A stretch of DNA of 38,025 bases. Source: a virus. Its lineage: Duplodnaviria > Caudoviricetes. Below, one piece after another: positions 7,423 to 14,976 of this stretch; the first letter of the stretch is position 1, and every line of letters begins with the position of its first letter. Below the pieces are notes generated by a model. It worked only from the letters and a program-made list of their open reading frames with translations. It did not search any database and was not told where the DNA came from. The stretch covers positions 1-38,025 of IMG/VR virus record IMGVR_UViG_3300045410_000007. The stretch is one strand, 5' to 3'. A program made the position numbers and the translations under genes.

Positions 7423-7605
7423 ATGACATACCCAAAAGAACTGATAGCTAGAGCAAAGTATGAACTCGATGTATTTGAGCGCGTATCGCAAAACACCGGG
7501 ATAGCTTTGCTTGCCGAGGTGATCGCGTGGCGCTCCAGATTCCCTGAGCACGAATACAGGGCGCAGGACGAATGCGTTGCGATGAAACTGACGCCCAACG
7601 CTTAG
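7423..7605 (+). CDS. Cassette gene, hypothetical (60 aa)
   Basis: GGAG RBS; stop falls within the next site. Confidence 0.7.
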   Translation: MTYPKELIARAKYELDVFERVSQNTGIALLAEVIAWRSRFPEHEYRAQDECVAMKLTPNA

Positions 7606-7657
7606 CTGTTGGGCCGCGCGGCTTTTCGCGCGGTCCCGCACGAGCGTTGTGTTAGAG
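7593..7657 (-). mobile_element. attC-like site
   Basis: Minus: CTCTAAC-ACAAC-GCTCGTG-CGGGACCGCGCG AAAAGC CGCGCGGCCC-AACAGC-TAAGC-GTTGGGC. Confidence 0.8.
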
Positions 7658-7680
7658 CGCTGGTTGATATTTAAGGGGTG

Positions 7681-7887
7681 ATGATTATGAGGCACGACAA
7701 ATATTTTTTGAATTGGTTGAACAGAAACGATGTTCGGGAGTGGCCTACTGCGCTCCACGCGGCGGAGGCTGCTTGGAAATCCGCCACAGAACTAGAGCGC
7801 GAGGCGTGCGCCGAGGTATGCGCCGCCCGAAGCGAGGCGATGCTTTGTGCGGCTGCAATTCGAGCGCGCTCTAACGCATCGAAATAA
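7681..7887 (+). CDS. Cassette gene, hypothetical
   Basis: AGGGG RBS; EREACAEVC...CAAAIRAR motif common in phage small proteins. Confidence 0.7.
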   Translation: MIMRHDKYFLNWLNRNDVREWPTALHAAEAAWKSATELEREACAEVCAARSEAMLCAAAIRARSNASK

Positions 7888-7931
7888 CCGGCGGGCGCTT
7901 TTGCCCGTCCGGGTTGATTGACTGGTTAGGG
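7869..7931 (-). mobile_element. attC-like site
   Basis: Minus: CCCTAAC-CAGTC-AATCAAC-CCGGACGGGC AAAAGC GCCCGCCG-GTTATT-TCGATGC-GTTAGAG. Confidence 0.85.
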
Positions 7932-7952
7932 GTGCGCCCCGGAAAGGAACGT

Positions 7953-8243
7953 ATGAACAAGATGCAATCTGCAACTTTTAGACTGGCGCAGGCCAGCGAC
8001 GGTAACCCTGTGACTTCGACGCTCGTTGTTATGTTGTTTTTCATCGCATTCAATGTAGTTGAAGCTGGTATTGAAAAGCTGATATTCGGAGATCGATTTG
8101 AGCATTTTCTTGACCCGATATTTGCTCTGGTATTCATTGGGTATGCGGCATATGCGGTTTTTTGGTGCGCGCTATTCAATAGCGAGAAACACACCCCTAA
8201 CGTGGAGTTAACCGGCGGCGCGCTTTTGCGCCGTCCGGGTTGA
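7953..8243 (+). CDS. Cassette gene, two-TM membrane protein
   Basis: AAGGA RBS; two hydrophobic segments. Confidence 0.7.
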   Translation: MNKMQSATFRLAQASDGNPVTSTLVVMLFFIAFNVVEAGIEKLIFGDRFEHFLDPIFALVFIGYAAYAVFWCALFNSEKHTPNVELTGGALLRRPG

Positions 8244-8257
8244 ACGTAGGGTTATGC
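8195..8257 (-). mobile_element. attC-like site
   Basis: Minus: GCATAAC-CCTAC-GTTCAAC-CCGGACGGCGC AAAAGC GCGCCGCCG-GTTAAC-TCCAC-GTTAGGG. Confidence 0.87.
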
Positions 8258-8276
8258 GGTTTTTTCAGGAGATGAC

Positions 8277-8480
8277 ATGTTGAACGGACACATAAGCGCA
8301 GAGTTTGAAGAAGAGATTAGATCGAGAATAAACCCGTTGTATGCTGACGTAAAGGGAACTGAGAGCTACGAAAGAAAGCGGCTTATCTGTGAGATTGACC
8401 TTCTGCGCGAAGAATTGCACATGGCACAAGATAACTGCATTCCTGAATATGATTCGTTGCGCGGAAGCATGGGGGCATAA
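8277..8480 (+). CDS. Cassette gene, hypothetical
   Basis: AGGAG RBS; TAA stop is part of GCATAAC. Confidence 0.7.
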   Translation: MLNGHISAEFEEEIRSRINPLYADVKGTESYERKRLICEIDLLREELHMAQDNCIPEYDSLRGSMGA

Positions 8481-8597
8481 CGTGGAGCTAACCAGCCGCC
8501 CGACACCAACAGAAAGGACGAAGTGATGAACGAGCAAAAGCCAGTGAACGTGAAAAAACACGCTGTAGGGCGGTCTGAGTTGAGCGTAGGGTTAGCC
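8475..8597 (-). mobile_element. attC-like site (long loop holding RBS and start codon)
   Basis: Minus: GGCTAAC-CCTAC-GCTCAAC-TCAGACCGCCC...GGGCGGCTG-GTTAGC-TCCAC-GTTATGC. Confidence 0.82.
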
Positions 8598-8795
8598 GCC
8601 AACTTGCGAACGAGAGCGGGTCAGGAAATGTCTGTGATCGAGCAAATACGCGAGGATGGCGGATTCTCGATATTTTGGGCAACCGAAACACAGCGAAGAG
8701 CGTGCGCCATAGAGCGTCTGCAAAAGCGCGGCGAGATTTGCAGAGTAGGCGGGAGCTATCCATTTTGCAAATACGAACTGGCGGCTAACGCATGA
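8523..8795 (+). CDS. Cassette gene, hypothetical
   Basis: GAAAGGA RBS in the attC loop; a shorter start at 8628 is also possible. Confidence 0.65.
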   Translation: MMNEQKPVNVKKHAVGRSELSVGLAANLRTRAGQEMSVIEQIREDGGFSIFWATETQRRACAIERLQKRGEICRVGGSYPFCKYELAANA

Positions 8796-8844
8796 ATTAA
8801 CGCGCCGCCGCTTTTGGCGGTCGCGGTTGAATGACGGGTTAGGC
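8783..8844 (-). mobile_element. attC-like site
   Basis: Minus: GCCTAAC-CCGTC-ATTCAAC-CGCGACCGCC AAAAGC GGCGGCGC-GTTAAT-TCATGC-GTTAGCC. Confidence 0.88.
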
Positions 8845-8871
8845 ACGATTTAACAACGAAAGGAGATTTAA

Positions 8872-9108
8872 TTGATACCTACCATAGAAACGATTGTTGA
8901 AGATTTGGCATCTGGCCTAATTACGAAGCAGCAGGCGATAGCGTGGCTACACGCTCATGCAGAGGATGCTGGAAGTGACCTGCGAGATCACTTTGCAACA
9001 CACGCGATGCAGGGGATGTTGGCTAATAAATGGAACCAAAACTATCCAGATTGGGCAGAACACGCCTACAAAATGGCTGATGCCATGCTTGCGGCTAGAA
9101 GTGCCTAA
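8872..9108 (+). CDS. Cassette gene, common phage small protein (LRD.FA..AMQG...AY.MADAML motif)
   Basis: AAGGAG RBS, TTG start; TAA stop in GCCTAAC. Confidence 0.75.
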   Translation: MIPTIETIVEDLASGLITKQQAIAWLHAHAEDAGSDLRDHFATHAMQGMLANKWNQNYPDWAEHAYKMADAMLAARSA

Positions 9109-9169
9109 CGCATGATATACACCTAAAAAGGTGCCTAATATGGCTATGGTTGAGTTTTACACCTAAAAA
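9101..9169 (-). mobile_element. Terminal recombination site of the array (attI/attG-like or degenerate attC)
   Basis: Good core GTTAGGC on minus strand, poor L boxes, direct repeat TACACCTAAAAA at 9118 and 9158. Confidence 0.55.
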
Positions 9170-9369
9170 TGACCACAAACGAACAAGATAAAATCTGCCG
9201 GAACTGCATTAACGCATACATTGGCAATTCGAAGGGAGATCGAGAAATGTCCATGATGGGATACCGCTCCTGTAATGCTGCAAAAACTCCTGTTGAGCGA
9301 TCGCGGTATGTTTTTGGCGTGACTGTATGCGGGTATCCTGAGAGATTTATGGCGAAGGAATATAAATAA
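9169..9369 (+). CDS. Small Cys-containing hypothetical protein
   Basis: CRNC plus two further Cys. Confidence 0.6.
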   Translation: MTTNEQDKICRNCINAYIGNSKGDREMSMMGYRSCNAAKTPVERSRYVFGVTVCGYPERFMAKEYK

Positions 9370-9461
9370 AATAAAGTGAAAATAACTCACACAAACGAAA
9401 CTATTTCAATTATAATTGCTTCACGGTTGAGGGAAAGGCCGGATGACTAGGAGTAGCAAAC

Positions 9462-9599
9462 ATGAGTGCACAACAACAATACGAAATCGAATCATCCGCA
9501 GCATTATCTGAACTTCAGTCCGGCAGTATTACATATGCTGAATGGAATTCACGCCAGCGAGCAGCTTGCAATAAATTCTATTCGGCTATGGGTAAGTAG
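9462..9599 (+). CDS. Small hypothetical protein (45 aa, MSAQQQYEIE...)
   Basis: AGGAG RBS; TATAAT at ~9411 in AT-rich upstream DNA; below the ORF-track cutoff. Confidence 0.6.
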   Translation: MSAQQQYEIESSAALSELQSGSITYAEWNSRQRAACNKFYSAMGK

Positions 9600-9603
9600 A
9601 ATC

Positions 9604-9777
9604 ATTAGGCCATCAGAACAGTGCAAGTCTGCCGGACTGAAAGGGCTGGCTGATCTCTCGGAGATCAGCAGCGTAAGCCCACGCACACTGATTAACTGGC
9701 ACAAGGACAAGCCTCAACTTTTTGCGACGGTGCTAGCTGGGGCTGTTGTGCTGCGCAAGCGGGAGGGCGTGAAGTGA
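9604..9777 (+). CDS. Small HTH protein (start uncertain, possibly ATT)
   Basis: RPSEQCKSAGLKGLADLSEISSVSPRTLINWHKDKPQLF HTH pattern. Confidence 0.6.
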   Translation: MRPSEQCKSAGLKGLADLSEISSVSPRTLINWHKDKPQLFATVLAGAVVLRKREGVK

Positions 9778-10076
9778 CCGCAGCCGAACGCAAAGCACGT
9801 TTTGACGCACTTTCTCGCATTGGATGCGTTGTTTGCCGCGTGTTTCATGGCGTCCATACACAGCCGCAAATCCACCACTTGCTCGGCACGAAGTATCGGG
9901 CGATTGGGAAGAAGGCCGACGACGCGCACACCATCCCACTTTGCGTATGGCATCACACCGGAGGCCATCCGGACATTGATAGCGCACACGGGCAGCCAAA
10001 GGCATTCGCGCAGCTTTACGGCACGCAGGAGGAATTGCTGGAAATGACAAACAAGATGATCGAGGCGGCGAAATGA
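9774..10076 (+). CDS. Ref/DUF968-like HNH-type nuclease
   Basis: GCVVC...QIHHL...TIPLCVWHH. Confidence 0.8.
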   Translation: MTAAERKARFDALSRIGCVVCRVFHGVHTQPQIHHLLGTKYRAIGKKADDAHTIPLCVWHHTGGHPDIDSAHGQPKAFAQLYGTQEELLEMTNKMIEAAK

Positions 10077-10441
10077 TAATCCTACCGTGGCCTGACAAGG
10101 CGTTAAGCCCTAATTCAAGGGTTCATTGGGGGCAGAAGGCGAAGGCGGTGAAGGATGCGAGGAAGTTCGCATGGTTCGCAGCAAAAGCTGTAGGTATTGG
10201 CATTAACACTTTTGCCGGATACGACGGAAAGCTGCATCTGTGGATCGATTACTACGCAAAGACGCGCAACTACCCCGATGCTGACAACTGCCTGAGTGCG
10301 AGCAAGGCGTATTTGGATGGCATTGCTGACGCACTGGGCGTGAATGATAGGCGTTTCGTGTATCACCCGTTCGTCAAGGACGAAACGCACAAGGGCGGGA
10401 AGGTAGTTATCCGGATTACAAATGAGCCTATTGATATTTAA
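10073..10441 (+). CDS. rusA: RusA-like Holliday junction resolvase
   Basis: LPWP...SPN.R.HW, DADNCL...KAYLDGIADALGVNDRRF. Confidence 0.85.
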   Translation: MIILPWPDKALSPNSRVHWGQKAKAVKDARKFAWFAAKAVGIGINTFAGYDGKLHLWIDYYAKTRNYPDADNCLSASKAYLDGIADALGVNDRRFVYHPFVKDETHKGGKVVIRITNEPIDI

Positions 10442-10478
10442 AGGCAATATTGATATTTAAAGGCAATAAAGGCACAAT
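10429..10478 (+). promoter_or_regulatory. Candidate late promoter with a 19-bp tandem duplication
   Basis: TATTGATATTTAAAGGCAA x2; TTGATA-17 bp-CACAAT. Confidence 0.55.
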
Positions 10479-10503
10479 ACAAGCAGAAACTAAAGGAAAT
10501 CAA

Positions 10504-10674
10504 ATGATTGGCGATTACATCGAGCCGCTTTTAGAGATACAGCGCATGGCGAAAGAGCTTGAGCGGCTTACTTTGAAAAAGGATTTCGCGTCCGCAGCCC
10601 AAGTAGCCGATGCACTCAAGGTGGAATGCGAAACTCTTAGCGATTGGTGTTCGAGGAATACAAATGGCAGCTAG
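10504..10674 (+). CDS. Hypothetical protein
   Basis: AAGGA RBS, ATG at 10504. Confidence 0.65.
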   Translation: MIGDYIEPLLEIQRMAKELERLTLKKDFASAAQVADALKVECETLSDWCSRNTNGS

Positions 10675-10891
10675 ATCAAACAAGCCTCTCCATGAAGAAA
10701 AAACCAAGCGGCTAATACAAGCTAGTCAGCTTATTAACCGCTTGATTTCCCATGCGAACGGTGAAATTGAGATGTCACAAAGCCAAGTGAATGCAGCTAG
10801 GATTGTGATTGGTAAGGCAATTCCGGATTTGAAGGCTGTCGAGATAAGCGGAGACAAAGAAGCCCCCCTCACTATTCGCATCGTTGAATGA
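10664..10891 (+). CDS. terS: Putative terminase small subunit
   Basis: IQASQLINRL...PDLKAVEISGD; overlaps the TerL start. Confidence 0.7.
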   Translation: MAARSNKPLHEEKTKRLIQASQLINRLISHANGEIEMSQSQVNAARIVIGKAIPDLKAVEISGDKEAPLTIRIVE

Positions 10892-12258
10892 CCGAAATAA
10901 TCCTCCCGCACAACGGATGGAAGCCTCGCCCATACCAGAGAAAGGCATGGGATTATCTGCGCGGGGGAGGAAAGCATGCAGAGCTAATCTGGCATAGACG
11001 CTCTGGCAAGGACGATATATGCCTGCACTTCGAGGCAATTTCCGCTATGAAGCGGCAGGCATCTTACTGGCACATGCTGCCAGAATATGCCCAAGCACGA
11101 AAAGCTATATGGGATGCCATTAACCCGCACACAGGAAAGCGCCGTATAGACGAAGCATTCCCAATGCAGCTTAGATCATCTACCCGTAACCAGGAGATGA
11201 TTATTCAGTTCATCAACGGCTCCACTTGGCAGGTTGTAGGGTCTGACAACTACAACTCCTTGGTTGGTTCTGCCCCTGCTGGCATCACCTATTCAGAATG
11301 GGCACTTGCTAACCCATCAGCAAGAGCTTATCTACGGCCTATCATTGCCGAGAATAACGGCTGGCAGATATTCATAACCACACCACGGGGAAGAAACCAC
11401 GCATACAGCACATTTAAGAGTGCTGAAAATAACCCTGATGCCTTTGCTCAAAGGCTTTCCGTGCTGGATACCGGAGTTATTAGCCCAGAGCAGCTTGCTA
11501 AAGAGCGGCAGACATACATAGACGAGTTTGGCGATGATTACGGTCTAGCGATGTTCGAGCAGGAATATCTATGCTCGTTCGATGCTGCCATTATGGGAGC
11601 ATACTACGGCTCTCAGATGCGCGAAGTAGAGAGTCAGGGACGGATCAGGCTGGTAGAGTATGACAGAGATTTCACCGTTCACACTGCATGGGACTTGGGA
11701 TATTCGGACGATACTTCCATCTGGTTCTTCCAAGTGATAGCCGGAGAGGTTCGCGTCCTGAAGTATTACGGGGCGAACGGCAGGACAATGGACGACTATT
11801 TTCAGATTGTCCATGAGCAGGGCTACAAGTACGGACTGCACTGGCTCCCGCATGACGCGAAGGCTAAGACGCTGGCATCTGGTGGTAAATCAATACAGGA
11901 GATGGCCCAGAAAGCACTCGGAACAGGCAATGTCCGGATTGTGCCCAGTCTATCCCTACAAGATGGCATTCAAGCTGCTAGACAGATGTTCCCGCGCTGC
12001 TGGTTTGATAAGATGGGATGTGATGACGGGCTGGAAGCATTGGCCCAATATCAGCGGGAATGGGATGATAAGCGTAAAGCATTTCATGATCGACCCAAGC
12101 ACGACTGGACTTCACACTCCGCAGATGCATTCCGTATGATGGCTATCGCATGGAAAGAGCAGCACAAGGACAAAGCACAAGAGAAGCCTAAATTGTGGCA
12201 TGAACAGACTTTGGAGGAACTATGGCAGGAAGCACCGAGAAAAAATAACAGAATTTAA
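10888..12258 (+). CDS. terL: Terminase large subunit
   Basis: HRRSGKD Walker A, YSEWA Walker B, ITTPRG motif, WDLG and HSADAFR nuclease motifs. Confidence 0.96.
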   Translation: MTEIILPHNGWKPRPYQRKAWDYLRGGGKHAELIWHRRSGKDDICLHFEAISAMKRQASYWHMLPEYAQARKAIWDAINPHTGKRRIDEAFPMQLRSSTRNQEMIIQFINGSTWQVVGSDNYNSLVGSAPAGITYSEWALANPSARAYLRPIIAENNGWQIFITTPRGRNHAYSTFKSAENNPDAFAQRLSVLDTGVISPEQLAKERQTYIDEFGDDYGLAMFEQEYLCSFDAAIMGAYYGSQMREVESQGRIRLVEYDRDFTVHTAWDLGYSDDTSIWFFQVIAGEVRVLKYYGANGRTMDDYFQIVHEQGYKYGLHWLPHDAKAKTLASGGKSIQEMAQKALGTGNVRIVPSLSLQDGIQAARQMFPRCWFDKMGCDDGLEALAQYQREWDDKRKAFHDRPKHDWTSHSADAFRMMAIAWKEQHKDKAQEKPKLWHEQTLEELWQEAPRKNNRI

Positions 12259-12322
12259 CCGAAACGTGCTATAAAGCACATGCGCGCTGAGATAGCGCCA
12301 CTTTCCCGCAGCAGGAGCTTTT

Positions 12323-14392
12323 ATGGAATATAACGCTATATTCTGGCGCGATGAGCTGAAACGGTATGATGAAGATTACCGCAAGTTCAACGAAGCTGGG
12401 AAAAAGGTAATCAAGCGATACAGAGACGAACGCCGAGATACTGAAAACATCGAGGCACGGTTCAATATTCTCTGGTCAAATATCCGAACTCTCAAGCCTG
12501 CGGTATATTCCCGCCCCCCGAAGGTTGAAGTTTCCCGCATGTTCAAGGATCAGAATGACGTAGCCCGTGTGGCTTCGATGATTCTTGAGCGGTCTATTGA
12601 ATTCGAGCTTAAACATTACACCGATTACCACGCATCGCTATCCGCGTGCGTAGATGACCGTCTGTTGCCTGGTCGCGGCGTGGCATGGATACGCTACGAG
12701 CCGAAGACTGAGACAGTCGATGCTGAACCTCAGATTTCCGAGGATCAGGAGATTGGCGGCGAGTACGGCGAGGAAGAAGAGCGCGAAGCATCGGACGTTG
12801 AATCCTCAAATGACATGAACGGGCTGGCAGGTGAAGAAGCCGAGCCATACGAGCAGATTGTCGAAGAGCGAACCATTGTCGATTATGTGTATTGGCAGGA
12901 CTTCGCGCACCTTCCGGCTAGGACTTGGGAAGAGGTGACATGGGTTGCGCGTCGCGTATTTATGACGCTTGAAGAGGGTAAAGCGCGATTCGGTGAAAAG
13001 TTCGTAGAAGTGCCGCTTACCCATTCTCCCGATGAGCGAGGCGAAGAGAAATCATCTACCAATGCGCTGAAAAAGGCCGAAATTTGGGAAATCTGGTGCA
13101 AAACATCGGAAAAGGTCTACTGGATTGCGAATAACTACGACCAGCTTTTGGACGAGCGCGATGACCCGATGGAGCTCGAAGGATTCTTCCCTTGTCCTAA
13201 GCCGCTGTTCGCTACCATTACCACCGATTCGCTGATTCCGATTGCCGACTTCCGCATGTATCAGGATCAGGCAGACGAAATAGACGAAATCACCAGCCGT
13301 ATTAAGCATCTCACTAAAGCCCTAAAGGTGATGGGTGTTTATGCTGCTGATGAGCCTAGCTTGTCCCGCTTGATGAAAGAGGGTAACGATGCTGTGCTGA
13401 TTCCGGTCACTAACTGGCCGGCATTCGTCGAAAAGGGCGGATTAATCGGCGCTATCCAGTTCGTTCCGCTGGGCGATATTGTCGGCGCATTGCAGCAGCT
13501 CTATGCGGCCCGTGAATCGTGCAAGCAAATCATCTATGAAACCACGGGGCTATCCGACATTGTGCGCGGCGCTTCGATGGCTTCGGAGACTGCTACGGCA
13601 CAGCAAATCAAGTCTCAGTTCGCATCAATCCGCTTGAACGAGATGAAGGACGATGTGGCGCGGTTTGCTCGTGACCTGTTGCGAATGAAGGCAGAGGTTA
13701 TCTGCACCAAGTATCAGCCGGAAACCATTCTCAAAATGTCCGGCATTGTGAATACTCCTGATGCTCAATTCGCCCCTCAAGCAATAGCTTTGCTGAAAGA
13801 CGAACCAGCGCGAAACTTCCAGATAGACATTGAAACAGACACGCTTGTGCAGTTGGACGAACAGGCTGATAGGCAAGCTCGTGTTGAGTTTCTGACCGCT
13901 GCTGGTGGATTCCTACGCGAAGCCGTAGCCGCTGGAACGCAAGCCCCGCAAATGACCCCGCTGCTGATGCAGATGCTTTTGTTCGGAGTGCGCGGATTCA
14001 AGGTTGGACGAGAGCTTGAGGGAGTATTCGAGCAAGTCGGCGCTCAGTTGCAACAGCCGCAACAGCCGCAACAGCCGCAAGGAGAAGGACAGCCAGACAA
14101 CGGTGCGCAGATTCAGGCTGATATGCAAGCCAATCAAGCCAAGCTGCAAGCAGACATGCAACTCGCCCAAGGCAAGATGCAAGCCGATATGCAGATGGAG
14201 CAGGGCCGCATGCAGCTCGACATGCAAAAGCATCAGGTGGATGCGCAAGCCAAGATGGAAATTGAGCGCATGAAGCAGGAATACGAGTCTGCCAGATTGC
14301 AACAGCGTATAGCTGCCGACATTCAGATCGCGCAGATTCAGGCAAATGCGCGAATTGTCGATGAAGCCAACAACCGGAGCAATGAGGTCTAA
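12323..14392 (+). CDS. Portal protein
   Basis: 689 aa after TerL; FPCPKP and ETATAQQIK motifs; Q-rich coiled C-terminal barrel. Confidence 0.9.
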   Translation: MEYNAIFWRDELKRYDEDYRKFNEAGKKVIKRYRDERRDTENIEARFNILWSNIRTLKPAVYSRPPKVEVSRMFKDQNDVARVASMILERSIEFELKHYTDYHASLSACVDDRLLPGRGVAWIRYEPKTETVDAEPQISEDQEIGGEYGEEEEREASDVESSNDMNGLAGEEAEPYEQIVEERTIVDYVYWQDFAHLPARTWEEVTWVARRVFMTLEEGKARFGEKFVEVPLTHSPDERGEEKSSTNALKKAEIWEIWCKTSEKVYWIANNYDQLLDERDDPMELEGFFPCPKPLFATITTDSLIPIADFRMYQDQADEIDEITSRIKHLTKALKVMGVYAADEPSLSRLMKEGNDAVLIPVTNWPAFVEKGGLIGAIQFVPLGDIVGALQQLYAARESCKQIIYETTGLSDIVRGASMASETATAQQIKSQFASIRLNEMKDDVARFARDLLRMKAEVICTKYQPETILKMSGIVNTPDAQFAPQAIALLKDEPARNFQIDIETDTLVQLDEQADRQARVEFLTAAGGFLREAVAAGTQAPQMTPLLMQMLLFGVRGFKVGRELEGVFEQVGAQLQQPQQPQQPQGEGQPDNGAQIQADMQANQAKLQADMQLAQGKMQADMQMEQGRMQLDMQKHQVDAQAKMEIERMKQEYESARLQQRIAADIQIAQIQANARIVDEANNRSNEV

Positions 14393-14976
14393 TGGCTACC
14401 CCTAGGCTTTATGGCGCTGTTAGCTTTCGCTACGATCCGACAAGCGAGGCGGCGATATTTCAGCTAGTTGGTGCTGATGGTTCGGAGATTACGTCGCTAG
14501 ACAACGGACTGCCCGTAGATAATATCCACCATTTAATGATTCATGCCGAACGGGTATTCGTTCACAACAATGCACACACTGGAATCGCTGCTGGTGCGTC
14601 GTATTGGCACGTTTTGACTACTGGTTCCAATTTTTGCAATGTTACTGATTATCACGCCACGGCAGACTCGGCACCTATATGGCTTGCATTATCTGAAGCA
14701 CCGACATGGAGCGGCGGAACATCTGCCAGTTTTATAAATAGGTATAGAAGTTCAGCTGCTACCACACAGTCAACCATAAAGGAAGGATGCATAGTTACAG
14801 CAGCTGGAACGCATCTGGAAGGAGACTTCGCGGCAGGCACAAAGCAAACAGGAGGAAGTCTCGGGCTGGGGGATGAGTGGCTATTGAAGCCGAACACTGA
14901 TTATGCATTCCTGATTCGCAACGACTCAAATGGAGCCGCGACAGTAAGTTTTCACTTAGAAATAACGGAGATTTGA
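14392..14976 (+). CDS. Hypothetical beta-rich, possibly virion-associated protein
   Basis: TAATG coupling to portal; EWLLKPNTDYAFLIRN. Confidence 0.7.
   Translation: MATPRLYGAVSFRYDPTSEAAIFQLVGADGSEITSLDNGLPVDNIHHLMIHAERVFVHNNAHTGIAAGASYWHVLTTGSNFCNVTDYHATADSAPIWLALSEAPTWSGGTSASFINRYRSSAATTQSTIKEGCIVTAAGTHLEGDFAAGTKQTGGSLGLGDEWLLKPNTDYAFLIRNDSNGAATVSFHLEITEI

Noticed and set aside
7341-8844. Palindromes as simple terminators or REP elements
   Set aside because: No U-tracts and divergent internal sequence, but conserved R/L boxes and cassette-end complementarity
9129-9156. dif/Xer-like site GGTGCCTAATATGGCTATGGTTGAGT
   Set aside because: Only loose resemblance; arm lengths and the XerD consensus do not fit
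14051-14080. CAACAGCCG x3
   Set aside because: Ordinary low-complexity QQP linker in the portal
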